Source: Eledone cirrhosa
Lineage: Eukaryota
Reading direction: 5' to 3'
Length of the DNA: 64,000 bases
NCBI GenBank assembly: GCA_964016885.1
Contig: OZ024750.1
Location: 17,422,001-17,486,000 of the forward strand
This document shows positions 1 to 14,570 of the stretch, piece after piece. A program made the position numbers and the translations under genes. Under the pieces are notes generated by a model. The model searched no databases. It was given only the letters and a program-made list of their open reading frames with translations, and was not told the DNA's origin. Each line of letters begins with the position of its first letter. The first letter of the stretch is position 1.

Positions 1-35
1 TATATACACACATATATATATATATATATATATAA

Positions 36-191
36 AACGAAGGAAGTGTGGTAAGGAACCAGATGGACCATAACGCACCAGAGTACTCAATACTTAAGGT
101 AGTAGAGTGGGTAATAGGAAAAAATTTAACCCCGACTGAAATAGCCGTCGAAACGGCTTGAGCTCTGCCGTTGGGGTTAAACTTTTACCTA
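36..191. mobile_element. Small (TA)n-embedded fold-back element, family A; carries the 3' half of a hammerhead ribozyme (Penelope-like/retrozyme derivative)
   Basis: Starts AACGAAGGAAGTGTGGTAAGGAACC and ends CCTA, with (TA)n on both sides. Has an internal inverted repeat (TAGGAAAAAATTTAACCCCGAC / GTTGGGGTTAAACTTTTACCTA) and contains GAA-ACGGC-TTGAGCTCT-GCCGT-T-GGGG. Five other copies occur in the window. Confidence 0.7.
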
Positions 192-526
192 TATATATAT
201 GTATTTATATATACACATATATGGAACAAACACAAGCAATCATAGAATGCTCTATGAGTAAATAATGCACTCGAAAAACAAAGTATCTATCTATCTGTCT
301 ATCTATTAATCTAACTAACTAATATATATACAGAGAGAGTTAAGATATATATATATCTTAACTTTATCTTACCCTCTCTCTATATATATGTGTGTGTGTG
401 TGTGAGTATGTATACTTGAATGGATATATGTTTGTGTGTACTTAAGTACCTCCGCACACAAATATATATATATATATTTATATATGTATATATATATATT
501 TATATATGTATATATATATATTTATT

Positions 527-560
<34 letters not shown>

Positions 561-733
561 CATACATAGAGAGAGACAGCAATGATGTAGAGGTAGGGTT
601 TATAAGTGATCATTAAGGAATTATCCAAAGAGTATTGAAAATATATCACCACCAGACGATATATATATATATATATATACATCCATAAATATATATATCA
701 CGATGATGATATATATTTATATATATATGCATG

Positions 734-797
<64 letters not shown>

Positions 798-837
798 AAT
801 ATATATATATATATATATTTATATGTATATATGTATA

Positions 838-878
<41 letters not shown>

Positions 879-941
879 GCATATATATATATAAATATAT
901 ATCATATCATCATCGTGATATATATATATATATACATATAT

Positions 942-1002
<61 letters not shown>

Positions 1003-1003
1003 T

Positions 1004-1034
<31 letters not shown>

Positions 1035-1316
1035 CATATATATACATATATACATATATATATATATATGTGTGTGTGTGTATATACAACAGTGCAATAT
1101 TTTGGTCTCAACTTGACAACTGTACAACTGACATGTCTATTTCTGGTGGTTAATCGTTTCTAATTTAGGAAAATAGGAATTGATTGCAACTAGAAATAGT
1201 AACAAATAAACAATCGTGTGTCTAGTCATCATCATCACCATCTTCGGCTTCATCATCATCATCGTCGTCGTCTTCATCTTCTTCACTATCATCATCGTCA
1301 TCATCGTCATCACCAG

Positions 1317-2500
1317 TCATCGTTATCATCGCCACCATCGTCGTTATCATCGCCACCATCATCGTTATCATCGCCACCATCATCGTTATCATCGCCACCA
1401 TCGTCGTTATCATCGTCGTTATCATCGCCACCATCGTCGTTATCATCGCCACCATCGTCGTTATCATCGCCACCATCGTTATCATCGCCACCATCGTCGT
1501 TATCATCGCCACCATCATCGTTATCATCGCCACCATCGTCGTTATCATCGCCACCATCGTCGTTATCATCGCCACCATCATCGTTATTATCGCCACCATC
1601 GTCGTTATCATCGCCACCATCGTTATCATCGCCACCATCGTCGTTATCATCGCCACCATCGTCGTTATCATCGCCACCATCATCGTTATCATCGCCACCA
1701 TCGTCGTTATCATCGCCACCATCGTCGTTATCATCGCCACCATCATCGTTATTATCGCCACCATCGTCGTTATCATCGCCACCATCGTCGTTATCATCGC
1801 CACCATCATCGTTATCATCGCCACCATCGTCGTTATCATCGCCACCATCGTCGTTATCATCGCCACCATCGTCGTTATCATCGCCACCATCGTCGTTATC
1901 ATCGCCACCATCGTCGTTATCATCGCCACCATCATCGTTATCATCGCCACCATCATCGTTATCATCGCCACCATCGTCGTTATCATCGCCACCATCGTCG
2001 TTATCATCGCCACCATCGTCGTTATCATCGCCACCATCGTCGTTATCATCGCCACCATCGTCGTTATCATCGCCACCATCATCGTTATCATCGCCACCAT
2101 CATCGTTATCATCGCCACCATCGTCGTTATCATCGTCGTTATCATCGCCACCATCGTCGTTATCATCACCACCATCGTCGTTATCATCGTCACCATCATC
2201 GTTATCATCGCCACCATCGTCGTTATCATCGCCACCATCGTCGTTATCATCGCCACCATCGTCGTTATCATCGCCACCATCATCGTTATCATCGCCACCA
2301 TCATCGTTATCATCGCCACCATCGTCGTTATCATCGCCACCATCGTCGTTATCATCGCCACCATCGTCGTTATCATCGCCACCATCGTCGTTATCATCGC
2401 CACCATCATCGTTATCATCGCCACCATCGTCGTCGTTATCATCGCCACTATCATCGTTATCATCGCCACCATCATCGTTATCATCGCCACCATCATCATC
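1317..2500. repeat. 21-bp minisatellite (TCGTTATCATCGCCACCATCG)n, grading into (CAT)n up to ~2915
   Basis: Directly visible tandem unit; it accounts for the His/Arg-, Ser/Pro- and Met/Val-rich ORFs. Confidence 0.95.
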
Positions 2501-2531
2501 ATTATCGTCGTCGTCGTCGCCATCAATGTCA

Positions 2532-2562
<31 letters not shown>

Positions 2563-2619
2563 CATCATAGTCATCATCATCATCAGCACCACCACCGACG
2601 TGCTCATCAGTACCGTCGC

Positions 2620-2651
<32 letters not shown>

Positions 2652-2697
2652 CTAACATCACCACCACCACCATCTACATCGCCATCATCATCATTCC

Positions 2698-2738
<41 letters not shown>

Positions 2739-3216
2739 CTAACATCATCACTAACATCATCTTCAACGCCATCATCATCATCATCGTTGTCATCAGCATC
2801 TTCGAGTGTTTATTCATCATCATTACCATCATCATCACCACCATCGTCATCACTATGAACATCATCATCATCATCATCATCACCATCATCATCATCACCA
2901 TCACCATCATCATCCTCCACTTGTATAGATTATGAAGAACATTTTATAGGTATATGTCTAATAGTTCTGGAGTCGATATATTCCCCCCCCCCCCCTCCCC
3001 ACACGTACCCAGAAATCAATAGGTTTGATTGATCAGGCTTCTATGGATGTAGCCATTACTGAGTACTTAAGAAGTTTACTTTGCTATCATGAAGTCCCGG
3101 GTTCGAAGAGATACAATATTTAGTACAAAGCATTTGTTACAGTAATTAGTACGAAGTATTTGACCAGTAATTATCTTTTTTAGTCACATGACAAGATGTC
3201 CCAACTATGAGGACAC

Positions 3217-3327
3217 TGCATGGTCGCTAGACAGACTAGAAATAACAGCCAAATGCATGGTCGCTAGACAGACTAGAAATAACAGCCAAATGCATGGTCG
3301 CTAGACAGACTAGAAATAACAGCTAAC
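3217..3327. repeat. ~37-bp tandem repeat x3 (TGCATGGTCGCTAGACAGACTAGAAATAACAGCCAAA)
   Basis: Three adjacent near-identical units. Confidence 0.85.
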
Positions 3328-3744
3328 ATCTCCCAAATCAATTTTCTCCATTTTTTATAGACACTTTATTTCACATTGCTCCAGTTTACTCAGCTGTAGA
3401 AATGAGATGATAGGACTGGAGTCCCTATCATTAAATCACCCAAGACACCTCCAACTAGATATACCTTGGAGGAGGCCAACTAAACCTGCATAAGTGTGAG
3501 CTGTCACACACATTTCTTATAGACAAGATAGTTCCAGAGATTGCCGTTTAGTCAGGGAGGGAAGGAAGGGCAATGCAGTGCCCTTGACACTTGAATGTGT
3601 TTCTCTTTTTTTTGTGTGTGTGTGTGGGGGGGGGGGGGGGGGGGCGACGACGACTCAAGACTTGTAAAAGAGGGAAGAAATGAAGGTATTTTCAAACTGG
3701 AGACCTGGCCAGAATGCTTGCAGTAAAGTAGATTCTGTTAGAGT

Positions 3745-4000
3745 CTACCCAATGGTTATGTGGGGGTGTTAGACCGGGTGACAGATTGCCTACCACCCAA
3801 AGACCAGATGGGTGGGGGGGTTAAACCAGGCAGTGGGTTAAGTCTATTTCCCAGGAACCAGGTGGTGATGTTAAACTGGGTGATGGATTAAGTCTACCAC
3901 CCAAGGACAAGATGATAGTGTTGAACCGGGCAACATATTATATCTACCTCATAAGGTCTAGGTGGTGGTGTTGAAATGCGTGCCGGATATGTTTACCATG
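3745..4000. repeat. Degenerate ~50-bp tandem repeat, about 5 copies
   Basis: Recurring GTGTT(A/G)AACCGGG...TCTACCACCCAAG..CCAG.TGG motif. Confidence 0.6.
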
Positions 4001-4724
4001 GCGGGATCTGAACTTCGTATAAAGGTGGAATAGATACCAGAAGACATACTGTTTGACTCTTTAACGTCAGAAGAAACACCTTGCAGTATTCTGGCTTTGT
4101 TGGTGATATATAAAGGTCGGGATGGTCAAGATTGGAACGCCTTTGGCTCTAAGCGTTCCGAGTTCAAATCCAACCACCTGCTAGAAATGGTGACTGGCAC
4201 ATAGTATCCGCAATAGAAAGATCCAAGGAAACATTATTTCCTTGGTCCAATCTGACGCTCGTCTCCTTTCCCTATTTTTTTTTTTTATCTCTTATTTTTA
4301 TCTCTTATTTTTATCTCTTATTTTTATCTCTTATTTTTTTTTTCTTGTTTTGTGTTGCTTTCTTTCTTTCTTTTCTCCCCCTCCTCCAGACTCATTCACT
4401 TTATTTGACACTTTCACAGTCTTCATATACTCAATTTATATTTTAACTTATTCGCTCATGCTTTCATTCGTTTATCATCCTCTCCCCTCCCAAAACTCGT
4501 TCCTCATCTGCTCATTCATTTATCATCCCCCCCCCCCCAAAAAAAAAACCCGTTCCTCATTGACCTGTTTGTTCAACATTAAAACTCCGCCCATTCGTTC
4601 AACACTCCCATATATTGTCATGCTCCGCCCTTTTCTTTACTGACTCGCCCTTCTACTCATCCTCATATTCATATATTTATTCCTCCATCTATTTGTCTAT
4701 CCACAAAAAGAATACATACATATA

Positions 4725-4845
<121 letters not shown>

Positions 4846-4958
4846 ATACTTGGGGAGGGTCATATTTGCGTAATATTGCCAGAATTAACATTGCCAGAAT
4901 TAATATACATACATAGCTGTCGAAACAGCCGGAGCTCAGCATCCGGGGTCCTGACTCT

Positions 4959-5039
<81 letters not shown>

Positions 5040-5042
<3 letters not shown>

Positions 5043-5208
5043 ATAATAATAAATGTGAAGACTAAAATCCAAAGAGGGCTCGATAAGGATAAATATATAT
5101 CAAATATATAAGAACCGTAGAGCAAATATTTATTAAAATAACAGATTAAAGTTTAAGCAAAGAATCGCTGCTTAAGCGATTCTTTGCTTAAACTTTAATC
5201 TGTTATTT

Positions 5209-5213
<5 letters not shown>
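5040..5213. mobile_element. Small fold-back element, family B, in (TA)n (related copies at 11125-11180 and 27835-28070)
   Basis: 39-bp inverted repeat TATTAAAATAACAGATTAAAGTTTAAGCAAAGAATCGCT / AGCGATTCTTTGCTTAAACTTTAATCTGTTATTTCAATA. The body is the reverse complement of 27940-28070. Confidence 0.7.
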
Positions 5214-5248
<35 letters not shown>

Positions 5249-5420
5249 TGCATCTTTCTGTTCTTTTTAATTCTTTATACACGCCCCAGAATATAGCTAA
5301 ACTGGAATATACACCTATTTTCTGCATTTCGTTGAGCACCACTTTGTTGTAAGCTGACCTTCCCCTACACGGTACATAACACTGTGTCCTGGAAAACCTT
5401 AATGCACTCGTGCATAACCA

Positions 5421-5501
<81 letters not shown>

Positions 5502-5504
<3 letters not shown>

Positions 5505-7500
5505 GGAAGGCAGGAAGCTGAATTAAGTGCAAGAGTTAGTGCAGTAATGCGCCAGCTTCATCATTCAGTAATCAGAAGAAGAGAGCAAGACGTAAAAGCC
5601 AAACACGCTGCCTTCAATTCGGTAGTCATGGGAATCCTTACTTATGGTCATGAATCTTGGGTAATGACCGAAAGAATACGATCGCGAATACAAGCGGCCA
5701 AAATGGGGTTCCACCGAAGGGTCTTTAGAGTAACGTTATTCGATAGAGTGCGTAGCTTTCAGACCAGAGAGTCACTCCAGGTAGAGCCGCTACTTTTCCG
5801 AATTGAGAGATCACAGCTCCGATACTATGGACATGTGGTTAGAATGTCTCAGGAAAGAATCACTGGACAGATTTGTAGCTCAGAGATCAGAGAGTCACTC
5901 CAGGTAGAGCTGCTACTTTTCCGAATTGAGAGATCACAGCTCCGATACTATGGACATGTGGTTAGAATGTCTCAGGAAAGAATCACTGGACAGATTTGTA
6001 GCTCAGAGATCAGAGAGTCACTCCAGGTAGAGCTGCTACTTTTCCGAATTGAGAGATCACAGCTCCAATACTATGGACATGTGGTTAGAATGTCTCAGGA
6101 AAGAATCACTGGACAGATTTGTAGCTCAGAGATCAGAGAGTCACTCCAGGTAGAGCTGCTACTTTTCCGAATTGAGAGATCACAGCTCCAATACTATGGA
6201 CATGTGGTTAGAATGTCTCAGGAAAGAATCACTGGACAGATTTGTAGCTCAGAGATCAGAGAGTCACTCCAGGTAGAGCTGCTACTTTTCCGAATTGAGA
6301 GATCACAGCTCCGATACTATGGACATGTGGTTAGAATGTCTCAGGAAAGAATCACTGGACAGATTTGTAGCTCAGAGATCAGAGAGTCACTCCAGGTAGA
6401 GCTGCTACTTTTCCGAATTGAGAGATCACAGCTCCGATACTATGGACATGTGGTTAGAATGTCTCAGGAAAGAATCACTGGACAGATTTGTAGCTCAGAG
6501 ATCAGAGAGTCACTCCAGGTAGAGCTGCTACTTTTCCGAATTGAGAGATCACAGCTCCAATACTATGGACATGTGGTTAGAATGTCTCAGGAAAGAATCA
6601 CTGGACAGATTTGTAGCTCAGAGATCAGAGAGTCACTCCAGGTAGAGCTGCTACTTTTCCGAATTGAGAGATCACAGCTCCAATACTATGGACATGTGGT
6701 TAGAATGTCTCAGGAAAGAATCACTGGACAGATTTGTAGCTCAGAGATCAGAGAGTCACTCCAGGTAGAGCTGCTACTTTTCCGAATTGAGAGATCACAG
6801 CTCCAATACTATGGACATGTGGTTAGAATGTCTCAGGAAAGAATCACTGGACAGATTTGTAGCTCAGAGATCAGAGAGTCACTCCAGGTAGAGCTGCTAC
6901 TTTTCCGAATTGAGAGATCACAGCTCCGATACTATGGACATGTGGTTAGAATGTCTCAGGAAAGAATCACTGGACAGATTTATAGCTCAGAGATCAGAGA
7001 GTCACTCCAGGTAGAGCCGCTACTTTTCCGAATTGAGAGATCACAGCTCCGATACTATGGACATGTGGTTAGAATGTCTCGGGAAAGAATCACTGGACAG
7101 ATTTATAGCTCAGAGATCAGAGAGTCACTCCAGGTAGAGCTGCTACTTTTCCGAATTGAGAGATCACAGCTCCAATACTATGGACATGTGGTTAGAATGT
7201 CTCAGGAAAGAATCACTGGACAGATTTGTAGCTCAGAGATCAGAGAGTCACTCCAGGTAGAGCCGCTACTTCTCCGAATTGAGAGATCACAGCTCCGATA
7301 CTATGGACATGTGGTTAGAATGTCTCAGGATAGATTCAGAACAAGATTGTTGGATAACATTCATGAGCTTGGCTGGTCTCGCTGGGGACCTAGCCGAATC
7401 AGTTGGAGACAGCTGCTTCTGATAGGACCAGCTGGGATGTGTGCTAGAGGACTCTGCCACCACGTCCCTCTGAAGAATACGTGAGCGGAAAAGAAGAGAA
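5502..7500 (+). mobile_element. 5'-truncated RTE-clade LINE 3' fragment with an internal 123-bp tandem amplification
   Basis: Translation ILTYGHESWVMTERIRSRIQAAKMGFHRRV...IRESLQVEPLLFRIERSQLRYYGHVVRM is the typical RTE ORF C-terminus. Confidence 0.85.
5751..7330 (+). repeat. 123-bp (41-codon) tandem repeat, ~13 near-identical copies, derived from RTE coding sequence
   Basis: GAGTCACTCC recurs at 5769, 5892 ... 7245, an exact 123-bp period. Confidence 0.95.
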
Positions 7501-7502
7501 GG

Positions 7503-7564
<62 letters not shown>

Positions 7565-7714
7565 TGTGTGTACATGGTGAGAGAGAGAGAAATAGCGTGT
7601 GTGTGTGGAGAAACCAAAGATATATATATGTGTGTGCGTGTGTGAATGTGAACGCAGAGAGACTGTAGTGAGGAGAAAGTTATGAAAGAGTGGAACATGT
7701 AGGTAGAGACTATT

Positions 7715-7745
<31 letters not shown>

Positions 7746-7761
7746 CAGTAGCAGTAGTAGC

Positions 7762-7796
<35 letters not shown>

Positions 7797-7809
7797 CAGT
7801 AGTAGTAGC

Positions 7810-7841
<32 letters not shown>

Positions 7842-7854
7842 CAGTAGTAGTAGC

Positions 7855-7889
<35 letters not shown>

Positions 7890-7998
7890 CAGTAGTAGTA
7901 GTAGTAGTAGTAGTTGTAGTAGCAGTAGTAGTAGTAGTAGTAGTAGCAGCAGTAGTAGTAGTAGCAGTAGTAGTAGTAGTAGTAGTAGTTGTAGTAGT
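7715..7998. repeat. (TAG)n/(CAG) microsatellite
   Basis: Directly visible. Confidence 0.95.
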
Positions 7999-8915
7999 AT
8001 CTATCCGGAAGTACAACCTATATTTTAATCAACCTATCCAGCTGGGAAAGTACAACTTACACAACACCAACTATCATGCTGCAACATACACACATACACA
8101 CATACACACATACATAAACATACATACATACATACACACATACATACATACATACATACACACATACATACATACATACATACATACATACATACATACA
8201 CACATACATACATACATACATACATACATACAAACACACATAAACATACATACATACATACATACACACATACATACATACATACATACACACATACATA
8301 CATACATACATACATACATACACACATACATACATACATGCATACATACATACACACATAAACATACATACATACATACACACATACACACATACATACA
8401 CACATACATACATACATACATACATGCATACATACATACATACATACATACATACACACATACAAACACACATAAACATACATACATACATACATACATA
8501 CATACATACATACATACATACATGCATACATACATACATACATACATACACACATACATATACACATACATAAACACACTCACACACAACTAGACCTAAA
8601 CGCATTCACACAGTTTAATCTACTACTAGTAATACCATCACCCCCACCACCCACAAACTATCACTACTAACACTGCCATCACCACCAATATCACCAACAC
8701 CATCAGCAACACCAGTCACATCACCACCACCACCATAATCACCACTACAACTACCACTACCACTACCACCACCACCACTACCAGCGCTAGCACAACCAAC
8801 ACCAAAACCATCACCGTCATCCACACCACGAACCAACCCCAAATCCAACATCACCCCTACCATCATAACCCCCACCGACACCATCACCCTCCCAACCCCC
8901 AGCGCCATTAATAAA

Positions 8916-9016
<101 letters not shown>

Positions 9017-9025
9017 TATACATAC

Positions 9026-9066
<41 letters not shown>

Positions 9067-9147
9067 TATAAATATATCGCAGCAATAAAAATAAAAAAAA
9101 ACAAATGAAGATATTTAGGATATAGTTTTATAGATATGGATAGAGAA

Positions 9148-9260
<113 letters not shown>

Positions 9261-9262
9261 GC

Positions 9263-9293
<31 letters not shown>

Positions 9294-9300
9294 TATATAT

Positions 9301-9335
<35 letters not shown>

Positions 9336-9531
9336 GTGATGGTGGTGGAGGTGGTGGTGGTGATGATGATGGTGATCACGATGATGATGATGCCATGTAC
9401 TCTGGTATTTGATTGTAAATGGTAATTTAACAAAATGAAGGATAATGGAAATATAATCAATTAGAATGGACCGCAATTTATATTCGTGGGTGTCTCTCCC
9501 ACATCATATAGAGCTAATATCCATATATATA

Positions 9532-9705
<174 letters not shown>

Positions 9706-9992
9706 TTCATGGCATTCTTGGATTAATACCATATATAACATATATAAATTACATCTATTTTACATATTAATGGCTCATTCTTTCATAATACGTAATCTCA
9801 GTATATATATATATATATATATATATGGGGGGGGATCTGTGTGTGTATGTGTGAGTATGTGCATGTGTATATACATATATACACATATATATCATATATA
9901 TTCATATGTGTATGCATAAATATGTATATATATATATATATACATAATTGTGTATGTATATATATATATATATATATACATAATTGTGTATG

Positions 9993-10062
<70 letters not shown>

Positions 10063-10756
10063 CATACATACGTGCGTTGCTTAATAGTTCGGCTCACGAT
10101 CGGATGGTCATGAGTTCCATTTCTAGCTGAGTCATTGAGTAAGACAGTTTGTTTCGTGTTGCTCTAGTCCAATGCACTAGAGAAAAAAAGTGGAGCTTTA
10201 TCACGCCGAATGCTCCACGTGCCTGTGAAACGTCTGTGAAATTACTTACACGTTAATTTCATAAGGGTGATATTCCGTTGTACAAAAAAAAAATAAAATG
10301 CAATATTCATCGTCACAAGCATCGGTGGTCCTACAACTTATTCACATATATGTAAGTACTGGGTTGACAAAATCGATGTAGAGGCCGTGCTCCAGCATGG
10401 CCACAGTCTTGTGACTGAACCTCATAAATGAATGAAAGAATTTGTTGCCGCAACAATGCAGCAGTCAACTGAAACGAGTAAAAGAAAAGAATGTTCTGTC
10501 CCAGTTTGGCTACCATTATAGATAAGTAGGTTTAAACTACAAATGTCAGGTGGGGCTTACAAAGGTTGTTCATGGAATTTTTATTATCATTCTACATCGG
10601 TATTCTAGTTATAATATTTTAGTACATAAGGGAGTATGAAAATTAAATTTAAGGGCCACAGTAATACTAGAATTTAGCCAGTAACTCAAACTGACTATTG
10701 ACCTTATAACACGCGGGGTGATTTTTCTGGGATATTTTTTATAAGCCGTCTAGTAC

Positions 10757-10833
<77 letters not shown>

Positions 10834-10838
10834 AAAGG

Positions 10839-10905
10839 GCTTCTACAGGACTAGCACTGTTTCATTCGAAGTAAATCATCGGGAGCTTTCCTGATGATTT
10901 CATTT
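10839..10905 (-). ncRNA. Degenerate hammerhead motif, family C (related at 22737-22918, 23740-23822, 46700-46781)
   Basis: Minus strand reads GCTC-CCGATGA-TTTACTTCGAAT-GAA-ACAG-TGCTAGTC-CTGT-A-GAAGC. An oppositely oriented CTGATGATTT starts immediately beside it. Confidence 0.5.
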
Positions 10906-10987
10906 TAAATGTCTATATTAAATATTTATACTCTGCTATGTATTGAGTACCTTACTTACTGTGGTTACCTCCGATTGAACCCGGGAT

Positions 10988-11067
<80 letters not shown>

Positions 11068-11330
11068 ATATATGTATGTTTATTTATTTATTTATATATG
11101 TATATATATTCATTTATTATTAGTACAGATTAAAGTTTAAGCAAAGAATAGGTGCTTTCACCCTATTACGGAATCTTCTATATATATATATAATATATAT
11201 ATATAATATATATATATATAATATATAATGTAGGAGGTGAGTTTTATTGTAGTACATATATAATGTAGGAGGTGAGTTTTATTGTAGTACATATATAATG
11301 TAGGAGGTGAGTTTTATTGTAGTACAATAT

Positions 11331-11400
<70 letters not shown>

Positions 11401-11752
11401 CATACATACGTTTAGGTATGTGGATCTATTTGTGTCTAGTGGTGTGTGTGTTTGTTTATATTTATATTTAGAAACTACACCAGAATTATATAGTTCTAGG
11501 CACGTAGGAAAGTGGATGTGTTAAGTCTACCAATATATGTATGTAGGTACGAGTATGTATGTGTATGTATGAGTGTGTATGTATGTATGTATGTATGTAT
11601 GTATGTATGTATGTACCTTTAATCCGTGTATCCATTAATAGATTAATGTCCAGGTGGATAGCTGATATGGATTCGGTGGTATACTTTACTCATTATAAGC
11701 CTACACTTTATATATATATATATATATACATATATGTGTGTGTGTGTATGTA

Positions 11753-11809
<57 letters not shown>

Positions 11810-12007
11810 AATGGCGAGCTGTGTTGTTGCAATTATGATATATAATAAAATGAAGAATTATTTATATATATGTTTGTGTGTGTTCGCATGTATGCATATA
11901 TATATATATGTATATATGTGTCTCCCTGTGTATGTATATGTGTGTGTGTTCATGTGTGTATATGTTTCTGCGTGTGTATGTATGTGCAAACATCAATCTC
12001 TGTTTCG

Positions 12008-12116
<109 letters not shown>

Positions 12117-12120
12117 AGAG

Positions 12121-12563
12121 GACCTCTTAAGAGTCAATGGCCATCCAAAATCACTGGGAGAGATGACCCCTTAGCCTTTGTCTAGGCAGAATTCTAGGAG
12201 AAGGAGAACTCTGATATAACACCTGCAACCCTGATGGTATCCAATGATGTTGACTTGTTCTTCTTCTTGGTAAATATCATCTTGGTCAAGAGAGTGGGAC
12301 TGGCTTTGTGCAGTGCCTTTGCTCACTATAAAAGCTTCACGGCACAGGCATTGCTTTATATCTGGAGATCTCTCTGCATTTGTCGTCACATGGTACCATG
12401 GGCCCAGCACTATGTGTCAATAATTGTCACAAGTGTAGTGTTTGTACCAGAGTTTTAAGTCGCTGGCTGGATTAAAAAGTCACACTCGTTCAGCGCATCG
12501 GTAGGAGTTCTCCTACATGGATATAAAGTAGTGGCCGTACTCGAAAACGAGTTGGCAGCCACC
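12121..12563. mobile_element. Partial copy of the ~610-bp non-coding (CATA/TATG)n-associated element
   Basis: Near-identical to 52485-52928 and to the reverse complement of 18421-18860. Confidence 0.85.
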
Positions 12564-12594
12564 ATATGTGTGTATATATATATATGTATGTATT

Positions 12595-12627
<33 letters not shown>

Positions 12628-12629
12628 AT

Positions 12630-12826
12630 GGAAGATGTGGATTGGCAGTATCGGTAGAGAGTCGGACACCATGCTTTGAAGCATAGAGTTACGTCCCTTT
12701 ATGATCTGAGTTCAAATCCCGCCGAGGTTAACTTTGCCTTTCATCCTTACGGGGTCGATAAAATAAAGTACCAGTAATGCACTGGGTAATTGCTGGCCTT
12801 GTGCAAAAAAGTAGAAACAATTATTG
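12630..12826 (+). mobile_element. tRNA-derived SINE (~190 bp; Meta/MESC-like central domain)
   Basis: A-box-like TGGCAGTATCGG, B-box GAGTTCAAATCC, central GCCTTTCATCCTTACGGGGTCGATAAAATAAAGTACCAG, tail GAAACAATTATT. Many copies in the window. Confidence 0.85.
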
Positions 12827-13304
12827 TTTCTGAGATATATGCCGAGTGTCTTCCTGACACCTAGGGCAAATAAATTCACAGTGTGCATTGGTAAGTCAGT
12901 TAATACAACACATTGATTATAATTTAAAAAAAAATAATAAAAAAAACAGTATACATATATACACATTTGCATATGTAAATACAAGGAGGGATATCAATCT
13001 TACAGAGATAGTGCTATACCAGTCAAAACAATTTTTTGCACCTCCTGCAGAGAGAGTAAACCAGGAATCGTTCTCAAATATTGTTCTGTACCTTTCTTGA
13101 TCATTCCCAGTCCTCTCACAATCACTGGTACTGTAACGGCCCAATAAGCAGATCTTTATATTTTCGTAGCTTGTCAAATTCTTTTGCCGCGATATTGTGA
13201 TCGCATGGGATGCTCATATCTATCAATAAACAGACCTTGTTATGTTGATCTTTTACAATGATGTCAGGTCTATTTGCTTTTATGGTCCTGTCAGTATGTA
13301 CAGG

Positions 13305-13503
13305 CCCCCTATTGGGGAATTTTTCATTGTTTCAATTTCCATTTTTATTGTTTATATATATGTTTCTATGTCTTTTTTTCTTTTCTTATATAAATAATAA
13401 AAATATTTACACGCACAAAACCCACATCGTATCGTCCTGTGCCGTTTGTAATGTTTTTCTTGATGTCAGCCCTTGTGGCCAATAAAGAAATCATTATTAT
13501 TAT
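13305..13503 (+). mobile_element. 3' UTR-only remnant of a Tx1-like LINE ending in (ATT)n
   Basis: Matches 14255-14420 (CCCCCTATTGGGGAATTTTTCATTGTT ... CCTTGTGG..AATAAAGAAA..ATTATTATT). Confidence 0.7.
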
Positions 13504-13504
13504 T

Positions 13505-14420
13505 CTCGACCAATCGGGCAATGTGATCGGTGGAAACTCCACCTTGGCGTTCTATAGAGGATTAGTGGAGGGGAAGAGCGACGACGTACTTGGGGAAACG
13601 CTAGGCGTCGACGAAAATCAACTAGCCAATCTCTTCGGAAGAACTTTCGGGCCGGAGCCTATGGACAACTTCCAGAAATCCCTGGCCTGGCAGTGCTACT
13701 GAGGAGCTTTTCCAGTTCGGGATAAACTCTACAGGCATGGAGGGGCCGTCAGCCGGGCATGTCCGAGATGTGCGCAGGGCGACGAAACCGTCCTGCACGC
13801 ACTCGTCTAGTGTCCGAGCATTGCTGACTTGTGGGTTTATGTCGAACACCTGCTGTGGCGTGTAGGACGGATCCAGCTATCAGCTGAGTCCATCGTGAGG
13901 ATTGCTCCGCCATCCTCCTTTAGCCGGGAAGGGCATGCAGTTTTTATCTGTCTGGTGGCCATAGCGAAAGAGATAGTATGGTGGACACGTTTGAAAGGGC
14001 TGAAGACGAGCACTTATCTCTTCGGTGATGCCCTGATTAACTTTTTCAAATTTCATTTGAAAAGGAAAATCAGGGTAGAGAGGGAAGTGCTTTCTTCCCA
14101 GCATTTTGTTGAAAGATGGGTGAGAGAAGCAAGAATGGCCCGAGTATGTGTCTGTAAATTAAAGGTGGAAAACTGGGAGAGGGCACTTGCCCTGGTGGTC
14201 AGGGTCACTGTGGCCTTTTAATGGGCTTTCTCCACAAATGTCCCTCCGAAGTCTCCCCCCTATTGGGGAATTTTTCATTGTTCTATTATTACATCCTCTG
14301 TTTTTTTTTGTTTTTTTTTACACGCAGAAATGCCCTTTTGTACCGTCCTGTAGTGTCCTGTACTGTCCTTAATGTCTACTTTGTGTAAACCCTTGTGGTT
14401 AATAAAGAAAGCATTATTAT
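13505..14420 (+). pseudogene. 5'-truncated, decayed L1/Tx1-type LINE (ORF2 C-terminus with CCHC finger, plus 3' UTR)
   Basis: STLAFYRGLVEGKSDDVLGETLG...LFGRTFGPEPMDNFQKSLAWQCY* and KEIVWWTRLKGL align by eye to the ORF2 C-terminus at 40004-40660. In-frame stops are present; AATAAA lies at 14401. Confidence 0.9.
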
Positions 14421-14524
14421 TCATCCTTACGGGGTCGATAAAATAAAGTACCAGTAATGCACTGGGTAATTGCTGGCCTTGTGCCTAACGTAGAAACAAT
14501 TATTATTATTATTATTATTATTAT

Positions 14525-14525
<1 letters not shown>
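14420..14525 (+). mobile_element. SINE 3' half with (ATT)n tail
   Basis: TCATCCTTACGGGGTCGATAAAATAAAGTACC...GAAACAATTATT. Confidence 0.8.

Positions 14526-14570
<45 letters not shown>

Noticed and set aside
1216-2935. 450-483 aa His/Arg-, Ser/Pro- and Met/Val-rich ORFs
   Set aside because: They are open in several frames and on both strands only because the 21-bp repeat lacks stops; there is no unique coding flank or splice evidence.
5751-7330. CRISPR-like or repeat-protein gene
   Set aside because: There are no unique spacers, and the unit is recognisably RTE coding sequence.
12630-12730. tRNA genes
   Set aside because: A/B boxes are always followed by the SINE body and tail, and no complete cloverleaf is visible.
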